Source of the DNA: Octopus vulgaris
Taxonomy: Eukaryota
NCBI GenBank assembly: GCA_951406725.2
Contig: OX597814.1
Coordinates: 18,042,001 to 18,106,000 of the forward strand
Direction: 5' to 3'
DNA: 64,000 nucleotides
Shown: positions 1 to 10,885 of the stretch, in pieces
Numbering within the stretch: the stretch's first letter is position 1
How the letters are laid out: the number at the start of each line of letters is the position of its first letter
Position numbers and translations under genes: made by a program
The notes under the pieces: model-generated
Seen by the model: only the letters and a program-made list of their open reading frames with translations
What the model was told of the DNA's origin: nothing
The model's database searches: none

Positions 1-184
1 AGAACAAACGAACTCGAAGTATGTATGCGTGCGTGTGTGGGACGAGCGCGCGCGTACTTGTTTGTTGCGCTATTTTTGGCCATTGTTAGCATATTTATGA
101 TTGTAAATGTGTGTGTGAATCGGTAAGCTTTTCTTGTGTGCGTGTGGATATATATAGCGAATAATATAAAAAAAGATAGCGCTT

Positions 185-229
<45 letters not shown>

Positions 230-489
230 ATATGTAAACGTACGATCCAAGGATCAAAATGTAGGGAGATAGTGAGCTTCAAGCAGCCCATATATATATA
301 TATGTAAAAACTTTCGGGAACAACGCCGATTTATTGGCGCAGAAGGTTGTAGATTTTTCCCGTAGTGAAGTACGATAAACTGAAAAGAGGTTATTTTACA
401 GTTCACGATTAGCAACTGGGGATGTTGTATCTAGGGCTGGTAAAATTCCCGAGATCCATGGACGAGTTCTCTCCTGCGGCCTTTCTATT

Positions 490-890
490 ACATTCTCGCT
501 GCCATGTCTTGCGTCTATTAGAGACAAATGTCTGTCCTTAGGTCATCAACACATGTCATTCCCGGTCTTCCTCTTCTAGTGGTCCATATAGGGGCTCCCT
601 CAGGAGCACTGAGTGCAGTATCAACTGTGAATGACGGTGAGCATGTCTAGCTAACCTCAGTCTTCTCTGTGTTTATTTTCGAGCTAACTTTTGGGTTCTT
701 CATCCTCAATGTATGCTGATTAATTTTCACAGCCATCCCTAGCATTCTCGTATAGCACCCATCCAGCATCTGAGTGAATTTCTTGGTCCAAGTCGCAGAC
801 CCGTACAACAGCACAGACTCCACTGCAGCAACGAAGACACGGATATTCAGATCTTTATTAAGGTCCGACTTCCATACAGATCTCAAACTG
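490..890 (-). mobile_element. RTE-clade LINE 3' ORF remnant
   Basis: Minus translation VWKSDLNKDLNIRVFVAAVESVLLYGSATWT..LDGCYTRML, then after a frameshift RLRLARHAHRH..LLREPLYG..RRGRPGMTCVDDLR; typical post-RT C-terminus of RTE elements. Confidence 0.8.
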
Positions 891-931
891 TGGCATGTGG
901 GATGCTGTATATGCGAATAAATATCTAGAAA

Positions 932-1250
932 TTAGGGAATGGAGTAGATAAAATCTAACCTACCTATGTTTCATAGCTAGCAGGGCCTGGGAAGTAGTAA
1001 TTATCCATACGAGGGGTAAACCGTACCCTACACTTCAGACCAAGGATATCTTGTTTACATGAAGTTTACATTATCGTTAGGAGCCCTCTGCGAGTTAACA
1101 GGGGTCCTCCTAACGATAATGTAAACATCAAGGTATCCATAGCCTGAAGAGTCGCTTGCAGTCTACCACTCGTTTCCATAATTACTACTTCCGAGGTTCT
1201 GGGAGCTATCAAACATATATAACCTGGATTTTATCAACCCCAGTCCCTAA
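932..1250. repeat. Imperfect 319-bp fold-back (MITE-like palindrome)
   Basis: 932-1021 is the gap-free reverse complement of about 1161-1250 (about 78% by hand); perfect 20-bp central stem 1064-1083/1107-1126. Confidence 0.85.
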
Positions 1251-1523
1251 GTTTTTTTTTGTGTGTGTATATATATATATAAATTAACAATTGAGGATAA
1301 AATCTTTAAAAGAAATTATCAGTAGTCAGCGTGAAAAACCTCGTAAGAGAAAAAATCCGTAAATTCCTCCTCTTTGAAAATATTCATTTATATTATATTG
1401 AGGGTACTACTATTCGTAGATACCAACACGCTAAGAGGGACCAATGCGGTCAAAACTACTAAAAATAAACAAAATTTTACCGAATGCAAAACTTCAAAAC
1501 ACATCATTTTAAAAAAGAATTCA

Positions 1524-1589
1524 GTTACATACCACATGTGATTTCGCATTTAAATGCAGAATATGCATTTCTATGTTCATCAGTGCAAC
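1524..1589 (-). ncRNA. Type I hammerhead ribozyme, copy 1
   Basis: GUUGCA CUGAUGA ACAU-AG-AAAUGCA UAUUC UGCAUUU-AA-AUGC GAAA UCAC AU GUGG UA^UGUAAC; complete core, stems I-III, GUA site, A.C at 10.1-11.1. Confidence 0.8.
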
Positions 1590-2023
1590 AAACTCAAGAA
1601 ATATAATAGAAAAACATAACATTACAAGCTCGATAGCCAACCGTAGAATCCGTCGTAGCATGTCCGAATGTTTATCTTTACATATCTATGAAAATGGCGG
1701 GCTCATTCGCAATGCATTTCGGTAACAAATCGTCTATTCGGAATAAAAATTCAGTATTGAACTATTCCGGTGGAAAATATAAATTAACAATTGAGGATAA
1801 AATCTTTAAAAGAAATTATCAGTAGTCAGCGTGAAAAACCTCGTAAGAGAAAAAATCCGTAAATTCTTCCTCTTTGAAAATATTCATTTATATTATATTG
1901 AGGGTACTACTATTCGTAGATACCAACACGCTAAGAGGGACCAATGCGGTCAAAACTACTAAAAATAAACAAAATTTTACCGAATGCAAAACTTCAAAAC
2001 ACATCATTTTAAAAAAGAATTCA

Positions 2024-2089
2024 GTTACATACCACATGTGATTTCGCATTTAAATGCAGAATATGCATTTCTATGTTCATCAGTGCAAC
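2024..2089 (-). ncRNA. Type I hammerhead ribozyme, copy 2
   Basis: Identical to 1524-1589, exactly 500 nt away. Confidence 0.8.
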
Positions 2090-2233
2090 ATTTCTATGTT
2101 CATCATTTCTATGTTCATCATTTAAAATGATGTGTTTTGAAGTTTTGCATTCGGTAAAATTTTGTTTATTTTTAGTAGTTTTGACCGCATTGGTCCCTCT
2201 TAGCGTGTTGGTATCTACGAATAGTAGTACCCT

Positions 2234-2269
<36 letters not shown>

Positions 2270-2694
2270 CTACCTATTTTTTTACCTTAAAAATTAAATA
2301 TTTAACATAATAAATGTGTTGTAGGAAATAATACTAATGTTTCAAATTTAGTTAATGGGGTTTTTTTCTATAAGGAAAATTATAATTTCATTTATTTTTT
2401 TAGATGAATATTGTTCAACTCTATTTGCTTATTTATTTAACTATTATCATTAACCTGAAGATTGACTATAATTTTAAATCGAATTTATTTCAATTGAATT
2501 TAAACTTAATTGTAATTCGAATTTAATTGTAGCTATGGAACTACGTAGTTTTTTACTTATAATATATTGATCATTCATTTTTATACTTTTTGAGATCAAG
2601 TTATATGTTTTAAAATAAAAAAAAATTGTTATTTATGTTTTGGTTTATGTCTATCACTGTTTGAGTTGCATAATAGTGGTTTTATCTATAATTC

Positions 2695-2767
<73 letters not shown>

Positions 2768-3096
2768 TCATAGGACATTCTGTGTATGTCTGCCTACTGG
2801 AAATAGCAGTGAAAACTCTTATTCAAACCATCGAAAAAAAACACTGATATTAACTGATATTAAGCGAGCAAACGGGTTAAGTAAATCCTTCACCATACCT
2901 ATAAAAAGCATCCAGCTATATATTTTCTAGTATTTGGACTCACATGGGCCGGTTTCTGGACTGACATTATAGCCTTATCCTCCTCCGTACGTATTACTAC
3001 GTTGAAAAAATGCCCCAACCCGTCACGTTGAAGTCTGTGATGCAGTGGTTTATTTTGCGTCAAATCATAGCAGTCTCGGTGTGAAAAGAATTCCAA

Positions 3097-3327
3097 TAAG
3101 GAGCAAATAATTCAAGAGTGAATATTTGCGAAGATGTTATTAACTCTTTTATTATCTAGAATAATATACGTTGATTGATAATAACAGAATTAATATATAC
3201 GCGATTGCAGGCCTGCAATCATCTATATTATTAACCCTGTTATTATCAATTTATTTATATTATCCTAGATAGTAATAGAGTTAATAATATCTTCGCAAAT
3301 ATTCACTCCTGAATTATTTTCTCCTTA
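3097..3327. repeat. Loop-less 231-bp palindrome (MITE-like, TA ends)
   Basis: taaggagcaaataattcaagagtgaatatttgcgaagat... versus ...atcttcgcaaatattcactcctgaattattttctcctta; perfect centre gattgcagg|cctgcaatc 3203-3220. Confidence 0.85.
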
Positions 3328-3456
3328 CACACACACACACACACACAAACATATATATATATATACACATATATTGATAAATAGATAGAGAGGGAGAGAA
3401 AGCAATACGGAAAACTCACTTTGACTTGATATATAAAATATACATACACTGATATG

Positions 3457-3507
<51 letters not shown>

Positions 3508-3654
3508 CTTATATAAGCATATAAATATCTATAGATTTACACGACAAATTTTAATCGACTACAAAAAATACAGAAAAATAAGGCCAGTAGGCATGGTAGT
3601 TCAAGTCCGACATCTGTTTCTGGGAGCTCGGAATCACGTAATAGCGAATTTTTG

Positions 3655-3743
<89 letters not shown>

Positions 3744-3776
3744 TGAGAGCACCCACATATCCACTTTCTTCCCCAC

Positions 3777-4268
3777 ATGTCAGACCTTGACTACTGGGGT
3801 AGACTAGAGAAGCTGAAATTGTATTCACTCCAACGACGCCGTGAACGCTACATTATCTGTATGATGTGGAAAATATTCCACCAGCACTGTCCGAATGATG
3901 TTGGCATCACCTTCAAAATGTATCCAAGGCTTGGACCACGTGCCATCCGTCCACAACAAAAATCTAAATCGCATCACATAACGACAATACGGTACAACTA
4001 TTTCACCTCAATTGGACCCGCTCTCTTCAACATTACACCAGGACACTTCAAAACAAAAACTGACCACACAAAATTCAAGAAGTCTTTGGACAAATTCCTT
4101 CAAACAGTACCGGACAAACCACCCACACCCGGATATGTCTCCGCAAACAATAACTCTCTGCTCGAATGGGCCTTGGTGCCCAAATCCTGAACTGAAAGAC
4201 TTCACCAGGTGGTGCTATTAAGTTAGACATGGCCTGGGCCAATACTGGCCAAAACCTTTCTAAGTTAT
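3777..4268 (+). mobile_element. CR1-clade LINE, 5'-truncated 3' end (ORF2 C-terminus and tail)
   Basis: 137-aa ORF LDYWGRLEKLKLYSLQRRRERY...IGPALFNI..FKKSLDKFLQTVPDKP..NSLL is the typical CR1 ORF2 terminus; short hairpin tail follows. Confidence 0.85.
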
Positions 4269-4454
4269 ATAACTGGCGGATGGAACGTGCTAAAAGTCAG
4301 GCAACAGTAGAGGAAGCATCTAAACGTCACAGTAAAACGGACTTCCTTCATCAAGGTGAAAAGATGGGCAAAATAGTCTTTCATATCATAGTTCGAAGTC
4401 TTTCATGTCATTAAAATTACAAATAAATTCTATCGAATCTGCTAATTTTTGATT

Positions 4455-4487
<33 letters not shown>

Positions 4488-4740
4488 CATATATATTGAG
4501 AGAGTGAGAGCACCCACATATCCACTTTCTTCCCCACATGTACGTTAGCTTGCATAAAGTCATGCACCCACACCTCCAAACACCTTCCTCCTTTGTCTCC
4601 CCTCTTCCCCCAGGTCAGCCCATATACAACACACATATATGGCAGGTTACCTTTTATCACACACACACATATATATATATATAAATACTTATGCATTTAT
4701 ATTTGTATATATATATATATATATTACTTTATGCATTTAC

Positions 4741-4793
<53 letters not shown>

Positions 4794-4852
4794 TGTGTGT
4801 GTGTGTGTGTTTAGAGAGAGACAGAGAGAGAGAGCTACCAAGCTAGCTAGAT

Positions 4853-4968
<116 letters not shown>

Positions 4969-5387
4969 GATAATTATATACGTAAGCATGTATATGCTTG
5001 TATGTTTGAGTTATTCTATCGATAGCTATTCGCACTTCGATTGGCATAGCCACTTGATAGATATGTGTATTGACAATTGACACAAGACAGTTTTAGTTAT
5101 ATGTTACGGAGCAGTAATCAGTCTATTTGTTCCACTAACGGTTCAACCGCCTTTGCACTGCAAAACTCATTAGACGAATTTGACAATTAGCGTAGCTAAC
5201 ATTCTAAGATGGAGCGGAATTGTGACGCGGCCATTGACGTTCTGATTATTTGGTTATGAGCCTATAAGTCTACGATAGTTACCGCTGGTATTGTAAAACT
5301 GATGCCAAAAAACTTGCTGTTGTTGTTTGTGGATGTGATGGTAGCTGTGATGGTAGCTGTTGTTCTTGTGTTTGGCTGTCGTGAATT

Positions 5388-5462
5388 CTATGATATTGGT
5401 TTCAGGTTTACTTGGCTGTCAATTTCACTTTGTAATGTCTCTTCGTGTGCCAATCTACGTAG
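5388..5462 (-). CDS. Candidate terminal coding exon (LRRLAHEETLQSEIDSQVNLKPIS*)
   Basis: Long U/G-rich tract then aag|ctacgtag|att acceptors in unique sequence; no homology recognised. Confidence 0.2.
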   Translation of the reverse strand, partial: LRRLAHEETLQSEIDSQVNLKPIS

Positions 5463-5706
5463 CTTAAGTTTGAAAAACACAAAGACAAACACAAAGCAAC
5501 AAACGAAAACAATAGCAAACACACACACATATAAAAAAAAAAATGAAAGAGAAATGAAAATAGAGATCAAAGTAGAAAATAAGAGCAAATAACTGAAGCA
5601 TTACTGTCCTCGTAAAGTGCAACCATGCTGAAATTCATTGGAGAGAGTGATTGACTACGAAGGTGCGTTCGAATCTGTGCATGTGTTTATCTTTATGTGT
5701 ATGGAA

Positions 5707-5754
<48 letters not shown>

Positions 5755-5914
5755 ATATGCACGTGTGTAAGCGGGCGAGAGAGAGAGAGAGGGGGGATTG
5801 AGTGTGTGCGTACGTGTGTGTATGTGTTCGTGTGTGTGTGTGTGTGTGTGTGTGTGTAGTTATGTGTGCAAGCGCTTGGGTGTGTGTAGGTGCGTGTTTG
5901 TGCGTGCATGTGGA

Positions 5915-5957
<43 letters not shown>

Positions 5958-6249
5958 TTGAAAGAGAGTGGGCAGGTTTGGAGATAAATAGATAGATAGT
6001 TAGATAGATAGATATAAATAGAGAAGGAGAATGAGAATGGAAGAGAGCGAAGAAGTGAATGTGAGAGAGAGAGAGGAGGGAGATATAAAAAAAGACAATA
6101 GAAGGTAATTTTAGCATTAAACATGTCTTCCTTTCATAGAATTCAATGATAAAAATATATAAAATAAATTAACTGACTTGAATCAACAAAATGTATTCTT
6201 CAAAACAATACTACAACTAATAGTACCAGCAATAATAACACCACATACG

Positions 6250-6316
<67 letters not shown>

Positions 6317-7140
6317 AGCTGCTAATACTACTACAACCAGCAACACCACCACTACCACCACTACTGGTAGTAATGATAATAAGAATAATAATGGTAATCG
6401 CTCAGAAACATTTCTGGTTGACTAAATTTAAAGCGTTCGATTTCTTTTTTGTAGTAAAATTTCTTGAACAGAACACAAGAACAATAACACCATGAGTAAT
6501 AAAAGGAGGGGGTGGAGGAAAGAAATATAAACAAATAAATATTCTCTTTTACCGTTTTTTATTATTATTTTTTTGTTTAAAGATATATTTTTCTTCTAGT
6601 TTTCGAGCAGCAGAATAAGGGGGGGAAAATGCCTGATTACACAAATACAGAGGTACGTTAAAGAAAAATATACACGCGCATACTTCCTCAAGTCATTGGG
6701 CTAGAAAATAAAATTCCGACTATACTCATACCATCTCAATAATTATAGAATAAAACCCCGGTGTATGCTCTTACCATCTCAATAGTGAAAGTAGAAAAAA
6801 AGAAAAAAAAGAAAAAGAAAAGGAAAAAGAAAGCAAAGGAGATCAGGAAGAAAAAAAATGCAAAATTGCTGAGGAGCTACAATCTCCTGCACCGGTTTTA
6901 TTCAGAAACGTCAACGGCAACTGCTGGTGTATATATATATTTTCTATATACTCATGTTTATTATTTTTTCTTTCTCTACAGCTTTGTTTTGGTACAAGTA
7001 CTTTTATAAACTTTTATGAAGATTCTAAACGACTATGTTCATTCGGGTTTTATGTCTCGGACTTCGATTATAACGGGTTTTAACGCAGCTGAAATAAAAT
7101 CGTCATGTACATTACGTTATTACTATTTTTTTTTTATCAG

Positions 7141-7184
<44 letters not shown>

Positions 7185-7346
7185 ATTTTTTTTTTCATTT
7201 TTGAAAGTATACGTGATGAATGTTTGTTTGTATACATGCAAACAAAAATAAATACATGCACACATAGGCATAAAGACAGATGCTTCTGTGCTCGCACAAA
7301 AAAATAAGCGCTCACATAAATATAACATGCATTTATGTTTGTGCGC

Positions 7347-7396
<50 letters not shown>

Positions 7397-7497
7397 ATAT
7401 ATATTATTCGTGCATACATATTTCCTCTCGAATTATTACACTCTCTCTCTCATATATATATATACACACACTCACAAATGTATATATATATTTGTAT

Positions 7498-7582
<85 letters not shown>

Positions 7583-7680
7583 CACATATTTATATATATA
7601 TATGTATACACATATATATACACGTATATAAATATATATAAATATATACATACATATATATATATGTGTGTGTGTGTATA

Positions 7681-8061
7681 GGCGTAGGAGTGACTTTTTG
7701 GTAAGAAGCTTGCTTCCCAACCACATGGTTACGGATTGAGTCTCACTGCGTGGCGCACCTTGGGCAAGTGTCTTCTACTATAGCTTTGGGCCGACCAAAG
7801 CCTTGTGAGTGGATTTGGTAGACGGAAACCGAAAGAATCTCGTCGTATATTTACGTATATGTATGTATTTATGTATCTATTTGTGTCTGTGTTTGTCCTT
7901 CCCACCATTGCTTTACGACCGCTGTTGATGTGTTTACGTCCCTGTAACTTACCGGTTCGGATTAGGAGACCGATGGAATAAGTACTAGGCTTACAAAGAA
8001 TAAATCCTGGGGTCAATTTGTTCGACTAGAGGCAGTGCTCCAGCATGACCGCAGTCAGAAT
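7681..8061 (+). mobile_element. SINE family C (tRNA-like head, internal microsatellite, CR1-like tail)
   Basis: ggcgtaggagtgact...ccacatggtt...cttgggcaagtgtcttctactatagc...gtgctccagcatgaccgcagtc; about 10 copies in window. Confidence 0.85.
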
Positions 8062-8077
8062 ATATATATGTATAAAT

Positions 8078-8425
8078 CCTTAAATCCTTAAAAATATCTC
8101 AGCCCGAAAGCTGCGACCATGCTGGGGCATAACTGTTGAATGTGCTACACTAGTATGTGAAACCACCTCTGATACGTGGCACTTGGTCAACAAGGGACTT
8201 CGACGCCGCTGCCCGCATCTGTGTTTCCTGCCGAGAGGTAGGTTCATCTGGAACCCCTGACAAGAAGAGACCGAGTTTAGTTTTAAAGAAACCCACATCC
8301 ACACCATGCAGGTCTCTCTGGCATTTAGGAAGGATATTGAAGAGCTGTGGTCCCCTGAAACCCAACCTGTTGCAGTATCTGGTCCTGTATTTTGATCATG
8401 ATGTTGGGATCTTTGATGCATATAT
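8078..8425 (-). mobile_element. CR1-clade LINE 3' end
   Basis: KYRTRYCNRLGFRGPQLFNILPKCQRDLHGVDVGFFKTKLGLFLSGVPDEP..AASKSLVDQ followed by tail gccccagcatggtcgcagctttcgggctgaga..(tttaagga)2. Confidence 0.85.
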
Positions 8426-8534
8426 ATTATATACAAGTATACCTACACACATATTTATGTGTGTGTGTGTGTGTGTGTGTGTACACATAAATAAAGATAT
8501 AGCTATAAACACTGATACGTCTAACTGTATACAA

Positions 8535-8689
8535 TAATATATATGCATCAAAGATCCCAACATCATGATCAAAATACAGGACCAGATACTGCAACAGCTT
8601 GGGTTTCAGGGGACCACAGCTCTTCAATATCCTTCCTAAATGCCAGAGAGACCTGCATGGTGTGGATGTGGGTTTCTTTAAAACTAAAA
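8535..8689 (+). repeat. Inverted local copy of about 8277-8432 flanked by a 15-bp direct repeat
   Basis: Near-identical reverse complement; tctaactgtatacaa at 8520-8534 and 8690-8704. Confidence 0.85.
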
Positions 8690-8710
8690 TCTAACTGTAT
8701 ACAAAAATTC

Positions 8711-8942
8711 AAGGCGGCGAGCTGGCAGAAACGTTAGCACGCCGGGCGAAATGCAATGCTGTATTTCGTCTGCCGTTACGTTCTGAGTTCAAATTCCGCC
8801 GAGGTCGACTTTGCCTTTCATCCTTTCGGGGTCGATTAAATAAGTAACAGTTATGCACTGGGGTCGATGTAATCGACTTAATCCGTTTGTCTGTCCTTGT
8901 TTGTCCCCTCTGTGTTTAGCCCCTTGTGGGTAGTAAAGAAAT
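8711..8942 (+). mobile_element. SINE family D monomer (central domain resembling the MetaSINE/Sauria core)
   Basis: aaggcggcgagctggcagaaacgttagc...gagttcaaattcc (B box)...gcctttcatcctttcggggtcgat...ccccttgtgggtagtaaagaaata; more than 10 copies. Confidence 0.85.
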
Positions 8943-9184
8943 ATGTATACAAAAATAAACTCATAAATTAAGAAAAATTTTCTGAAAGCCACTGCAATAC
9001 GTTATTGAAATAAGCGTGAAAGCGAAAGTAAAACTACAACAAATGTTTAAATTTTTTACTTGCATTTCTACAATTCGGTTTTAAAAATCTTCTCTCCAGA
9101 AAGAAATGAATTTAATTTTCCGAGTAAGAAAATATGAAGAACCAGTTTAAAAGTGATCGGTACAGATATGCGAAAGTGACGTGA

Positions 9185-9340
9185 GGGTTGCGACGTGCGC
9201 AGATTAGTGAATTAGCACGGCACAGTTGTCGGGGGAAAGGATTTAGTTTATTAATGAGGATAGCGTCAATAATCCTCAAATTTTCAAATTCCACCGGTGG
9301 CTTTGATGAGGATCGTAATATCCTGATTGTGATATTTCTT
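9185..9340 (-). mobile_element. Penelope GIY-YIG C-terminal remnant
   Basis: RNITIRILRSSS..ENLRIIDAILINKLNP resembles the PLE endonuclease end (..LRILEAILIxKLxP). Confidence 0.55.
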
Positions 9341-9395
9341 CTCACACACATACACACATATACACACACACATTTATCTCTCTCTCTCCCTCTCT

Positions 9396-9445
<50 letters not shown>

Positions 9446-9623
9446 GTCTGTCTGTCTGTCTGTCGGTCTGTCTGTCTATTTTTGTATCTCCCCCTCTCAT
9501 CATTTCTCTATCTCTCTCTATATATATGTCCCTGTGTGTATAGCTATGTCTGTGATTCGTGTGTGTGTGTGCCCGCGGTATGTGTGTGTGTTTGTGTGTG
9601 TCATTGTATATGTTAGTGTTTGT

Positions 9624-9662
<39 letters not shown>

Positions 9663-9667
9663 TGTGT

Positions 9668-9708
<41 letters not shown>

Positions 9709-10249
9709 TGAGTGTTTATGTACGCGCGCATTTAACGGGAAAATATTTGTGCAGGTTTTTTAATGGCAGATGTGAAGTTTGTAGTTTGCGAACAGTGTTT
9801 CGACACAAGCACGACTAAATTTATTCGACAATCTATGATACACCAGGTAGATATGATTGATAATTCATGCCTGCATTGTTGATTGGGTGGTCGGTCAGTG
9901 TGCATATATTTTGGTTGCTTATGCGCGATTGCTTTTCAGAAAATGTTTTGTATCTGGCTTTGTTCACAATTCTTGTATGTTTAATACTAACCGGTATTTG
10001 CAATATGAAGCAATATAGACGCTATTTATAAATACCCTTTTAACTTTTTTTTTGATTTGGCTATTATGTCTGTTGCTTCACTGCAGGTTATTTACACTGG
10101 TGATTTCAATCCGTACGCAAGCCTCCTAGGCATTTTTTTGAAGGGTTGATCTATACTTCTGAAACAGACCCTGTAATCAGATTTTCCTGTGGAAGTTGGT
10201 TTAATGGATCTCTCCTCAGTGGCTCTGAGACATTAATCGAACCGAAAGA

Positions 10250-10295
<46 letters not shown>

Positions 10296-10480
10296 TTGTG
10301 ACGTCGAAATGTTCAATATGAAGTGTATAGGAGATCGGTTATACAAAGATTTCTTTGCTTGCTTTTTGTTTTCTTTTGGTCTCTGACACATTAACAATTT
10401 CTATGTAGTTCTTTTGTAAGCACGAGAAATGATTTAAATATACAGATATAATTTTCTTTTTCTAAAAATGTACCAAAATA

Positions 10481-10885
10481 GACGCAAGAGTCGCTGTGTG
10501 GTAAGAATCTTGCTTCCCAACTACATGGTTCCAGGTTCAGTCCCACTACGCGGAAACTTGGGCAAGTGTCTTCTACTGTAGCCTCGGACTTACCTAAGCC
10601 TTGCGAGTAGATTTAGTAGACGGAAACTGAAAGAAGCCCGTCGTATATGTATATGTGTGTATGTGTGTGTGCGTGTCTGTATTTGTTCCCCCTACCATCG
10701 CTTGACAGTCGATGCTGCTGTTTACGTACCCGTTAACGTCCCCGTAACTTAGTAGTTCGGCAAAAAAGACCGATAGAATAACTATTAAACTTACGGAGAA
10801 TAAGTTCTGTGGTCGATGTGTTTGACTAAAGGCGGTGCTCCAGCATGGCCGGAGTCAAATGACTGAAACATATAAAAGAGTAAGA
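10481..10885 (+). mobile_element. SINE family C
   Basis: Full-length match to other family C copies. Confidence 0.85.

Larger units (their letters stand above)
1278..2241 (-). mobile_element. Penelope pLTR / retrozyme-like element: 500-bp tandem unit (1.6 copies) plus inverted terminal segment
   Basis: 1278-1590 repeated at 1778-2090 (one SNP seen, 1367/1867); 2121-2241 is an inverted copy of about 1894-2013; HHR in each unit; flanked by (TA)n. Confidence 0.85.

Noticed and set aside
2891-3096. 65-aa minus ORF with a cat|gtgagt donor, a VTGWG word in another frame, and a ttttatag|gtatgg site
   Set aside because: No convincing acceptor or homology; the VTGWG frame stops after four more codons
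10087-10230. Possible exon (plus strand VIYTGDFN.., or minus-strand open frames)
   Set aside because: Early stops and no matching splice pair
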